Positions 25,745-36,827 of a stretch of DNA of 64,000 nucleotides are shown here, piece after piece (positions within the stretch are counted from its first letter, which is position 1; each line of letters begins with the position of its first letter). This DNA is from Sphagnum compactum (lineage: Eukaryota), in the NCBI GenBank assembly GCA_965153455.1, contig OZ234494.1, positions 620,001 through 684,000 on the forward strand, in the 5' to 3' direction. The notes under the pieces were generated by a model, which saw only the letters and a program-made list of their open reading frames with translations, was not told the DNA's origin and did no database searches. The position numbers and the translations under genes were made by a program.

Positions 25745-27400
25745 AATTGGGAAAATAACAAAGCCTAATTGAAGCAAATCAGATTTTAATTGGGTGAAAT
25801 CAAACCAAAGGTAGAATGAAAATAACCAAACCTAGAAAGAACAAGGTTTAATTGAAGCAAATCAGACCTTAATTGGGTGAAATTAAACCAAAGTTGGAAA
25901 GAACAACCCTAATTGAAGTTTTTAAAGCCTAATTGAAACAAATCAAAATTTTATTGGGTGAAGTCAAACCAAAGTTAGAAGGAATAGAACCAAATTGAAG
26001 CAAATCAAACTTTAATTGGGTGAAATCAGACCAAAGCTAGAAAAAAAAACTTAATTAAAGTTTCTAGAACCTAGTTGAAGCAAATCATATTTTAATTAAG
26101 TGAGGTCAAACCTTAATTAGACATATCAAAACCTATTTGAATTTCCAAAACCTGATTGGGTGAAGTGAGACCTTCCTTGGGTGAAATCAAACCATAATTG
26201 AAAAGAGCAAAATCAAATTGAAATTTCTAAAGCCTAATTGGATGAAAATCAAATTTTAATTTGGCATATGGGAGCCAAATTGAAGTTTCCAAAGATTGAT
26301 TGGGTGAAATTAGACTTTAATTGGATAAATCATAGCCAAATTGAAGGTTTTAAAATTTAATGAAGTGAAATTAAACTTTATTTGGGTGAAATCAAACTTT
26401 AATTAAATATATTAGAGCTAAATTCAAGTTTATATAGACCTTACTTGGGTGAAATCATAACTTAATTGGATATATTATAGCCAAATTAATGTTTCTAAAG
26501 CCTAATTGCGTGAAATTACATTAACTAAGTGAAATCAAACTTTAATTAGACATATGAGAACCAAGTTAAAGTTTCCAGAGCTTAATTGGGTGAAATCAAA
26601 CCATAAATATTGGATAGATCAAAACCAAATATATTCAAGTTTATAGATCCTACTTGGGTGAAATCAAACTTTATATTGATTGGACAAATCATAATCTAGA
26701 TGGGTGAGTTTGACCTTAATTGGGTCATTGTAAATTACTTTTAACTAAACATATTAATGGAGTTTAATTGGCTTATTCAAAGATTAAATAAGAGAAAATG
26801 AAGCTCATGGTGACATACTAGTTCCTAAATTGGTGATTTTGACCTTCATTAAGTGAAAACAAAACTTAATGAGATAGATGAAAGCATAATGGCTGATTCT
26901 AACCTTAATTAAATCAAGGTAGACCTTGAACTTTTTAAATAAAGTGAAATTGGGTCACTTCTAAAGCCTACTTTGGTGAAGGAAAAACTTAACAAAATAG
27001 ACTGAAACCTAATTGAGATTGATACAAAAGTTAATAAAATAGATCAAAACGTAATTGAAATAAATATAAATATTAATTAAAACAAAACAAAGACCAAACT
27101 AGTAATTTAAAGCCTACTTTGGTGAAGACAAAATTTAATAATACAAAGTAGAGCCTAATTGGGAGACCAAGGCCCTAGTTGGGTGAAGATTTAAATCATA
27201 AACCACCAATTCTAACCTATTTGAAAACAAATTTGTATAGGAGTGGAAAAAGAACTTAAAACCATGATTCAAGTGAAACCAAACCCTAAGCCATTGATTT
27301 AGAACCTAATTAGTTGATGAAAGATTTTATTGGGTGAAAAGGTTAATTAGGTGATTCAAAATTTAAATATGACAAAATAATGCACAACAATAATAAAAGA
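25745..27400. repeat. Degenerate ~21-bp minisatellite array (~1.6 kb)
   Basis: aattgggtgaaatcaaacctt / aattgaagtttctaaagcct variants recur dozens of times. Confidence 0.88.
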
Positions 27401-29523
27401 CAAAGCTAAAAATGATGCACATAATGTAATTGGTGATTCAAAAGTTTAACTTAAGAAAACTAGAAGCTATTTTGACATCAAAAACATATGCTTGGGAGAA
27501 CTAGAACCTACCGACAATTAAACACAAGGAAATCAAAACACAAGTTATTGGGTGTAATTCCACCAATAAATTTTCACATCAATGGGGTGGGGAAAGTTTA
27601 AAAGGAAAGGACATCAAAGCTTAACTCGCATAATTAGAGTTGAATTGGGTGATGAAAGAACTTATTGGGTGAAGATGGAGTTAATAAGTGATTTAAAGCT
27701 TAAATAAAATAGAGCACAACTTAAGTATCAAAAAACAAAGCTCAATTTGATGAACATAATAACATTGGGTGATTCAAAGGTTTAATTGAGAACTACAAGC
27801 TATTGACATTAAAACATAAGCTTAAGAAAACCAAAACCTAATAATGGTAGAGCTTAAGAAAACTTATTACCAAAAAAACTTAAGAGAATTAAAATGTATT
27901 GACCTTTGAACATAAAACACAAGCCCGTAGTGTAATTCAACCAAGATTTGTAACATAGTTATGAAAATCAAACCCAAGTGCTTTGAGAATCAAAAAATGT
28001 TCAGCTTTTAAATTAACATCAAGTGTTGCATGACAAATATGGGTAGCATTTTCATTCTACATAAAGGTTTGTAGGCTTGACTTTGGGTCCTCAAATGATT
28101 TTGAATCGAAATCAAAATAAAAAAAATTCATTACTACAAAATGTGGGTGTAGTTCATTAGTCCCCGTTCACTAGTCCAGTGAATTCACTACTTCTTCACC
28201 GGTCTTCGTTCACTAGAACTAGGGAATTCACTCAAAATCCAATGAAATCACTTGGCATACAGGGACACCTTTTGTTGTAGCGAATGTTTGTTAATACCAA
28301 ACATTCATTCAAGCAATGAAATTCAAGTTTAGAATGGGTTGAAAGGACTGCCTTTTAATCCCATGTTTTTTAATGCCATTGAGGTGGCGGCGTTTATGAT
28401 GAATTATAACAATCTTAAAAACACTCCCACAAAACATTATTACCCGCAACCCTAAACCATGATTTGTTCACTTGACGAAGACACCATAATATCAAGGGGG
28501 TCCTTGGAAGGTATAGAATAATGTGGTTTATCACTAAAGCATCCAAGAAAAGAGGCAACAGTAACCTTCAAATTGATTGTCAATTTAGGGTTAGGGCACT
28601 ATAAGGAAATTTGGGTGGGTTGGCTTACAACTTTTACATTAGGAGTTCAAGAAGGATGGTTGAAGGAATAAGTCAGTAATATGGATGCCAATGATTGAAT
28701 AAATTGAGCCATGTGGCAGTTGACCACATTGACAACAAAAATGATTGCCACTTGAGTTAAGCTCCACTATGGCAATCAAAAAAATCTCATCTTCATTTGG
28801 ATTTATATTACACCCATGTTGGTTTGAAAACTGGAGATTATAAGCTTTTAGGTTTGTTAACCTTAAACCTCACATGATGGTTTGAGACTAATTGGGTAGT
28901 TTGGGGGTTGTGTTATTCCAATCGGCAGCATTAGTTGTTGTTGAGCTCCTCTGTCAATGGCGATGATATTAATGGTTATTCAACAATGTTGTAATAGTTG
29001 ATGGTTGGAGCTTAAGGGTTCATGAATGTGGTTGGCCGAACTAAATCTTGTGAAGCCTCATGATGATGACAAAATGTGTTAAAGCCTTGAATCCTAAACA
29101 ACACATCACATAAAGTTTTCATGCCTAACAAACCTTTGCAAGAAAAAATTCAACACCCAAAAAACCCAACAATATGTTGAAACTTGAAAAAGTTACCAAA
29201 AAACCTAAAACATGTTGAAACAACACACCTTTTTTGTATAGTTTTACAATAAGATAAGCTTACATCATATTGCATGAAATTAGTTTAATCATGCATCAAA
29301 ATATCACTCGGTTCAAGCTTACAGTGCTTTAAGTTAGAAAGATAAGTCAAGCGTTAATTTCAATAAGTTACACCATTGTGTAAATTAGCCACATTAGTTA
29401 GAATGATGATGATTAAAATAGATCAACTAGTTCCAAAAGTACTCATGAATGTATATATTCTTTTCTTCCCATGTATTCTTTTATCAAATTATTAAATATC
29501 GATCTACATTGAAAATTCCTACA

Positions 29524-29535
29524 TGGTATTAGAGC
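29524..29535 (+). mobile_element. Probable tRNA-iMet primer-binding site of a decayed LTR retrotransposon
   Basis: ...aaattcctaca|tggtattagagc: a CA end followed by a one-mismatch match to the canonical TGGTATCAGAGC. No gag/pol is recognisable downstream. Confidence 0.45.
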
Positions 29536-30026
29536 GATTGATTTTCTTGGATCCAAAGTGATCATGAGTGTTTTTTTAGCATCCCAATTTGTCTTGCATT
29601 ATGTGGGTCGAAAAAATGAAGGAGGTAGGTTGCATAGGGTGGGTGCAAACTATAACCCTATTTTGGTGGCTCTCTTGCAATGAACAAAAGATCCTTGAGA
29701 ACACACTCTACAAACTTCTTGTTCTTCATCTTTCATAGCAATATGGATGCAATAACAATGAGGCAATCAATAAGAACGACATATGTTAGCAAGAATCTTA
29801 ATATCTTGATGAGGAAAAGTCGATTATAGGGTTTACACTACTTGAATAAATGAACATTGGGGAGAAATGAGTTGTTTGTGGTTGTACTCACTTATTACAA
29901 TTGGTTGCGAACACATTTACACGCTTGGATCCAAGACAGGGACATAAGAAGAAACAGAACAGTTGTCCTCTATCAACATCCAAAAAAGAAGAACATGTTT
30001 GGATTGTAGGATCCCCAAGGTTGATA

Positions 30027-30143
30027 GAGGACATACAAATTGATGGAGTGCAACCAATGCGAGATACCTTCCACAACCTCATCACTAGCTGCATGAAAGG
30101 TGATTGATTGTAGGATGTTATGTTAATTTTTGATGAGATGAAA
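30027..30143 (+). pseudogene. Isolated fragment of a PPR gene (At4g35850-like mitochondrial PPR)
   Basis: EDIQIDGVQPMRDTFHNLITSCMKGD*L*DVMLIFDEMK. Restoring TGA>CGA and TAG>CAG gives KGDRLQD..FDEMK, matching the recalled DDMxLDGVQPTxDIFH...MKGARLxDAFFFxxEMK. Confidence 0.6.
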
Positions 30144-30367
30144 TTGTTTTATTGTAACTTTTCTAGAGCTAAGCTGGGGTAGGTTCAATCATGTATTTAC
30201 CCATGGCAAGGATTTTACTTCAATCCGTCTGCTTAATTCGCCCAGCTCAACTGCAATCCACACTCTCTTCTTAAGAACCATAGAGGCAACCCCAATACTG
30301 TCTGTGGGTTGGAAAGGGCAAAACCAAAAGTGGAAAGGAGCTTCCAGGTTAGTTTCTCCCAACATAC

Positions 30368-31831
30368 CTTCTTTGCCTTTGCACGTTGTTGCCCATTAGA
30401 GGTCACAGTCCAAGATGGCAGCTTTTGTTGCATTGGAGTTGGTCCATCAGGATTCAACAACACCTGTGCTGGTGGTCGTACTTCATTCACATTGCTGGTG
30501 TCTGTGAAGTCACTGAAGACCTTATGATTCTCACTCCTTGAGATTCCAGGGCTATGCACCTCAGAGAATGTCCCACTATCCGTATCCAGGCTCCCAGGGC
30601 TGCCTATTTCGGGACCATGGCATTCAAACTTGTGGACAGCAACCCAATGCTGCATTTGACATTCTGTACAACTGGACATCCCCCAAAAACACAACCAAAT
30701 TGTACGTTCATGAACTGCATATATCATCATCAGCAAACCAATCACATCAAGGCCGTATGGGTATGACCCCACAATATGCTAACCCGCATGATGACATTCC
30801 AGAGAGGCTCCAAGAACTGGACAGTCCCAAAACACAACCAAATCATAAGTTCATGAACCGCATGTAATATCATCACCAGCAAACCAAACACATCCATCAA
30901 GGCCATCTCACAACATCCCAACCCACATGATGACATTCCAGACAACCTCTGCCCACATCAACACAGTGTGTTAGGAAAATGCATACCAGTAATGTACCCA
31001 CTTGCACTGCTTGCATCGTATTTTTTTTGATTTCCCACATACAAAATAAAAATATCAACCTTCACCCATCTGTTGCTTGTTCTTAGGCTACACAGCGCTT
31101 GGTACTTCCCCCTGCTGCTGCTGTGCCTCGTCCACACTCTTAGTGTGGTTTGCTAGTTCCTCTGCCTGATTTCTGGGTGGAGCTTCCAACATCTGTTTCT
31201 TTTAAGGGTTAACTTCTAGCTCAGCCTTTTGCTCCTGCTGAAGAATAGCTGCTTCTTCCTCAGCCATTTTCTGGCTCTTAGCCTTCTCCTCCTCCTCAGC
31301 CTGTCTTCTCCTATCTGCAGCTTCATTCTCAGCCTGCTTCCTCCGTTCAATCTCCAATTCAGCTTGCTTCCTAGTGTGAGATTCTTCCCCTTCCCATTTC
31401 CTGTTTGCATCTTCAAGCTCCACCTGCTTCCTAATGTGAGCTTCATCCTCTGCCTGTTTCCTGTTTGCAGCTTCAAACTCCGCTTGCTTCTTGTTTGCAG
31501 CTACAAGCTCCGCCCGCTTCCTCTTGTTGACAGCTTCCAACTCTGCATCCTCTCTGAGTTTAGCTTCAGACTTCGTCTGCTTTCTGTAGTCACCTTCTCC
31601 TCTTGCTCCTACTGCTCCTCAACATCGGTGTTCGGGTCTGGAAATGTCTGACTGCTTCAACCTTTTGGATTCCTCTTCCCACCTGCCGGGCTTGCTCCTC
31701 TATTGCCACGCACTGCAGCCTAAGAAACTCTTCTTCTCTCGCCTTGTTGGACTTCCGTGAGCACAATAATCACATCAAACTGACCACTAACAGCACAGCT
31801 GGGATCTCAGAAGAGGTCTAAGAAATGGCAT
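30368..31831 (-). pseudogene. 3'-truncated UBP15-19-like (zf-MYND ubiquitin-specific protease) N-terminal fragment: TM, coiled coil, MYND finger
   Basis: Candidate ATG at 31831, then SEIPAVLLVVSLM*LLCSRKSNKAREEEFLRLQCVAIEEQAR. A 10-aa coiled-coil repeat follows. The MYND finger YFVCGKSKKIRCKQCKWVHYC/CTECQMQHWVAVHKFEC is split by a GT-AG intron (30672-30986). The last exon ends ..AKAKK|GT at 30368 and no protease exons follow. In-frame TAA/TAG/TGA stops and frameshifts are present. Confidence 0.65.
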
Positions 31832-31889
31832 ATTTGGACAGAAACCCCAAGATTCAATCCCTCTAGTGTACAGTCCTACCGAAGGTGGA

Positions 31890-34800
31890 CATGGAAATCC
31901 ATCCAGTTCCCCAACACGCATGCCTTGGTCAAAATGTTTTTGACAGATCCATCCCAATTCTCCTGTGTCCTTGTAGATCACTCTCTGCAACCCAAATTTA
32001 TTTTAAAATGTCTTTATCTTTCAAAAAATTCACCAACCATTGCTCTGCAGACGCCCTCTCTGCTGTTCTGATGGCAAATGCCTCATCCCTCACAAGCTTT
32101 CCAGGGGCGACAGGGGCCCAATCTATTGGTGGGTCTTTAGCACACCTTCACCAAATGCGACAACAGCCTTTCCATATTCCATTTTAGGATTTGGAACCAT
32201 GTTCCCCAGCCCCATTGCAATGTGTGCCCCCACTTCGGCAGCCAAGAAAACCCATTTCAACCCCTCCACCACCAACTCGTGAACTTTCTTCCAATTCTCG
32301 TCTTCGAGGATCACTTGACAACCAGCTTGTCCTTCAACTATGTGCTCCTGTCCCTTGTATTCACAAAGTAGATGAAGTTGAAGAGCTTTCATCCCTGGAA
32401 CCAGTTTTGTGATCAATTTTTGTTTGAAACTAGCATCTTGTTTGGTGAAGAGTACAATGCGTGGAACTTGCCGTTGTGAGGAGTTCAAGATCAAGTCGCG
32501 TATGAGTCTGGTAACACTCAAAACATCATTTTTGACAAGCTTGTGCATAGAATACATGAGATTGCGTGTATCATACATGAGATTGTGTGTGTATCATGAA
32601 CAACAGTTGATAGCTGCTGGATTTCACATGCTAATTCACCCACTGGTTTGTCTTGATGCTGGGGTGATGGATCAAGCTCTTGTATCTCTCCTTGCAACCT
32701 GTTTGTCCCGGTCAATAGGTCACTTGGCGTGGAAACGATCATGTGCTTATTATTGGACCGAGGCTTCAAGTAGGAGCCTAATATGCTGGAAGAACTTGAA
32801 CTCCACAACCATCCTCTTGAGAATACAGTGGACTGATCCTGATGGGCACCACCAAGCTCATCTATACCCTGCAATCCTCTTCGCACCACATCCTCTCTCT
32901 CTCTCGTCCCCATAAGGTTCATGGCAGATTCACAAGCTACATCAAGAATAACATTTTTCCCTTCTCTCAACTCATCCCATGGGTGTTGGTAGCCAATCCC
33001 ATGAGAAAGAACCGCTCGCTTCAACTCTTCTAAAAGCACTGCTTGGTCTCGTCGCTCCCTGAAAGACATGTGCTGTTTCACACACTCTGTACGAATGACT
33101 CCCTCCACAAGTGCAACCCCTTGACATCCATCTGCAGCAGCACAGCGTTCTCGAATTCTTTCTATAATATGCCCATGAACAATATCGAGAGCTTCATCAA
33201 AACTCTTCTTGTGTGAGCATACCAACACATCGATGTGGGTGCCCACATTTGCACTGTAATCCATTACAATTTCCACTCCATTGAGCATTACATAAATGAA
33301 ATCTCTTTTGGGTTTGTACACTACTCTCATTTCCTTATCCACCTTCAAGAAGTTGTTGTGCAGAACTACCTGTAGGAATAACAATCTCAAAATCAAATGC
33401 CAAATCACATGAAGTAGGATCAAATTAACTTGAAATGGACAGCTTCCATAATGCAGGATATACGGTCTTGCATCAATCTTCTAGATTACTTGGGATGTAA
33501 GTTTTCACTCCCAACTAGTTTGGCCACAAAGTTTCTCCAATGCAATTGACTACCTTGTCAATGGTTTGGAGGAATAGTAACAAAAGTACCTGGAGTCGAC
33601 AAAAAAAACCTTGCGGTATGAAGGTGCAAATTGGGTCATCACATTGGAGCCTCCTTCCAAAGTAGGTGGAGTTCATGTTCTGATTGTTTGGTGACCAATT
33701 CCATGAGCCTGCTGCTTGACCAATGTCCAAAATTGTTGGGACGAACAATTTGTCAACACCATGAGACCTGGTTGTGTGTTCAAAACACAACTCTAACCTC
33801 AACATAAGGTGCACCAAATTTTGTGCTATGACATCCAAAGCACATCCACCATAACCAAGCTCACGAGAAGATTTCAGTGAATCAACCAAAATGTTTTCCA
33901 AGTATGCCCTTGATGTGAAACCATCTGGGTTTGTTGCAGTGGCCAGTTTACTGCGATCATCACTTAGCTTGATCAGGTGACCCATCACCTGATGGCAAAA
34001 CCAATCCAGATCCACAACTAAAAAGTCAAGATCTTCAAAGTAGATGACATCTCGTGAATTGTGCATGCTTGTTGCCACAGCTTTTCGCCTTGCTCCCACC
34101 ATACTTCCTTCAGCAGTTACTTTCACCAACCCTGGCAAATCTGTTTCCTGGCACAGGTCTGAAAAGGTTTTCCAATTCATCATTGGACTTTTTGGATTTC
34201 TCACCATCCAACCATTCAAGGCTGATCTCACATTACTGCACACCTCATACACTTCTAGCAATGCTTTGAGAAGATTTACAATGTTGTCTTCAATAACACT
34301 AGCCACATTGCTAGCTGATTGAGTAGAAAAGCCCTCAACGGCAATTGGTTCCGACCACACATCTAGCAATTTTGCAAATTGCTCTTTCAAACTTGTGACA
34401 CACCCCTGTGCTCAAGCAACAAGCCCAGGAACTTTGTCGGAATGAGTCAAGACCACGATCACCTTTGGTTTGAAGGAAATTGTACTTCGACTTTTGGAAG
34501 CAATGAATCGAAGCCAATACTCCAACTCTTTCTGAATCTCTATGGGTAGTTTAACCTTCTCCTTTGAAGGGAATCCCTCATCTCTCAATACATATGGACT
34601 ACAAACTAGAAGGAACAAGGATGGGTTACCTGTGTCGCTTAGATCAGGAAGGATGAAATAATGGAACCCATGGAACTCTTCCTGACCCCCCATGTCCCAA
34701 ATAGACCATCTAATCCCTTCACTACTTTTCAAGCTATGTACCTCAATTCCACGTGTGTGGTGTGTAAGTTGTTTGCCTCCTTGGATTAGCTGTTGACCCC

Positions 34801-36202
34801 CATCATTCATCATGAAGTCTTTGCAAGAATTGAGAATGCTTTTGCTGATCATGCTTCTGTGTTCTATGGAATGGACCACTGCCTTTCGCAAGGTTGTTTT
34901 GCCTACATAATTCCACAATAAACAGGGTGCATTCATGTGCCATGAACAGAAGATGCAAAAAAAAAATTTCTACTATGAATCAGTCATAAATTATAATTTC
35001 CATGCGACAACATGATTCAGGCAACGACAAAGTTTCAAACACAAACACATTGATGTCCTCTAGTTCAACCAAGAGAGATTTAAGATGTACTGGCATATGG
35101 AGAGCCGCAAAAAATTACTCTCGCAGATGTTGGCTTGGCCATCTCCAGCTTTTTGAGATGTAACTCCTTGGACATCGCATTTCTTCGTAGTTGTTCCTTG
35201 ATGGCCAAATACTTGCCCTTAACATGCAAAGGAGTTTCATGCAATTCTATATCTTTCAAGGTGAAATTGACCAATAGAACATGCATAATGGTAGGAAACA
35301 CAGAGCCTCTTACACCATCACAACCAGATAGGCCTAAGGTTTCAAGGGAATGGTTTTCTACAAGTGATCGTATCAATTCTTGCACATCTGATTCACTTGT
35401 TAAAGAACGACGTTGTCAAATCAAGATGCTTTATGGAAGAATTTTTCTGAAGCATCCTTGCAAAGGTAGCACCAACGTCTGAGCTCATAGCAGAAAGTCC
35501 GATAAGATGAAGAGCGGTGAGTGTAGAGTTGGCTTGGTGTCCGTTTTCGTCCATAATCAATGGTTGGACAAGTTCCTCCAAATCTAATTCCATATAATTA
35601 CTAGAGGAACTTATTTCAAGATGTTGAAGGGTGTGATTCATCTTGAGTGCGTTGCCAAAACCAGAAGGCGGCTTCGTTGCACCTACAATTTCGAATAGCT
35701 CGAGCCTGAAACGTTTGAGGCCTATATTACGACAAAGCATATCCGCAGATTTGTCCAACACGAGTCACTCGTCGAGTTCCCAGGAGATATCAGATGAAAG
35801 CTAGCACTTAATATGGTATGATTGGTGCAGAGACCTTGCAAAAACTGTTCAATAACATCATGGGTATCTGGTCGACGATCGCTAAGCACATCAATGGCTT
35901 TCACATTAGTGCTCTCGAGGAGGACTATAGACACCAATTCCTTCAGATCATCCCCTCCTGAAAGACTCCACTTGGGTTTAATATCTCCATCAACTTGTGG
36001 TTCCTCAAGCCGGCCTTCGCTAGAATCAGCTTTGCATTGATGATATCTCATAACCAAACTAATATAATCCCTAGTGCCACCTTCCCTTAAGGGACCATGT
36101 TCTTGAATATAGATTGCAAGCTCGTCCACCACGACATCGCTAGCTAGCTGTAAGGATTCTCGAAACCTCTTGGACAACATCAGTGATGATTGCGTCTGCC
36201 AT
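31890..36202 (-). pseudogene. TRN1: TORNADO1-like LRR-Roc-COR (Roco-type) pseudogene, with two introns retained
   Basis: RI-like LRRs (ALKMNHTLQHLEI, MLQKNSSIKHLDL, LVENHSLETLGL); P-loop ARVIFCGSPYA(S)KTTL across intron 34903-35090; HHTRGIEV; SIWDMGGQEEFHGFH; ELEYWLRFI; VVLTHSD; COR-like YFGRRLQCDD..FIPQGFFCRLQ/VVLHN (intron 33370-33589); C-terminal QLHLLCE..HIVEGQAGC and KFGLQRVIY..GELGWICQKH. Six frameshifts and one in-frame TGA (34412-34414). Confidence 0.9.
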
Positions 36203-36244
36203 GATCAACAAGCCAAAAAGCTTCTATGATGAGCCCATAAATAT

Positions 36245-36540
36245 ATCCATAAAGTCACCCTGTCTTCACCCTGTCTTTGGACCTCCTTTCACCCCCAAAC
36301 CCCTCTTTCAACCTCAAATCAGTGGTATCCACAAAGTAATGAAATTGCATTATTAAATCTGGGTATGGAATGTTGAAATCTTAAACTAATTTAATGCACA
36401 AGAGTTTGAGACTAATTATAGTAGAGGTACATACATGTAGGAGCAATGAAAATATATGTAACAACACTAGAGGCCCTTAGGAGAAAGGAAAGAGGGGGTG
36501 AAGATGGGATGAAGTCAGATGACCACAAAAATTGATTGAT
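36245..36540 (-). repeat. Inverted copy of the 20.3-20.8 kb repeat, directly upstream of the TRN1-like ATG
   Basis: ctgggtatggaatgttgaaa...atttaatgcacaagagtttgagactaattatagtag...tgtaggagcaatgaaaatatatgtaacaacactagaggc is the reverse complement of ~20335-20445. Confidence 0.8.
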
Positions 36541-36782
36541 GGTTTTCTGAGTTTCACCCCCTTAATGGTAATGTACTGTTTTTTCCAGGTTACTTTTTAA
36601 GCTCACCCCCTTTTATAACCAAACTTGGGCTTGTGTTCTTCACTTCATGGATACCTTTAATGCATTCTCTCAAATGTCCAAGTTCCACACCCCATGTGAC
36701 GAGTGCTTCTTCAAGGAAATGACTCATGCAGCCCAATGGCTATCACTCATAGAAAGACATTAAAAAAATGGCAATCATCCGT

Positions 36783-36827
36783 AACCCTAAACCCATAAAC
36801 CCTAAATCCCTAAACCCTAAACCCTAA
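36783..36827. repeat. Interstitial telomere-like repeat (CCCTAAA)n, ~6 imperfect units
   Basis: aaccctaaacccataaaccctaaatccctaaaccctaaaccctaa. Confidence 0.8.

Noticed and set aside
31229-34322. Plus-strand ORFs of 70-168 aa
   Set aside because: Antisense shadows of the TRN1/UBP pseudogene
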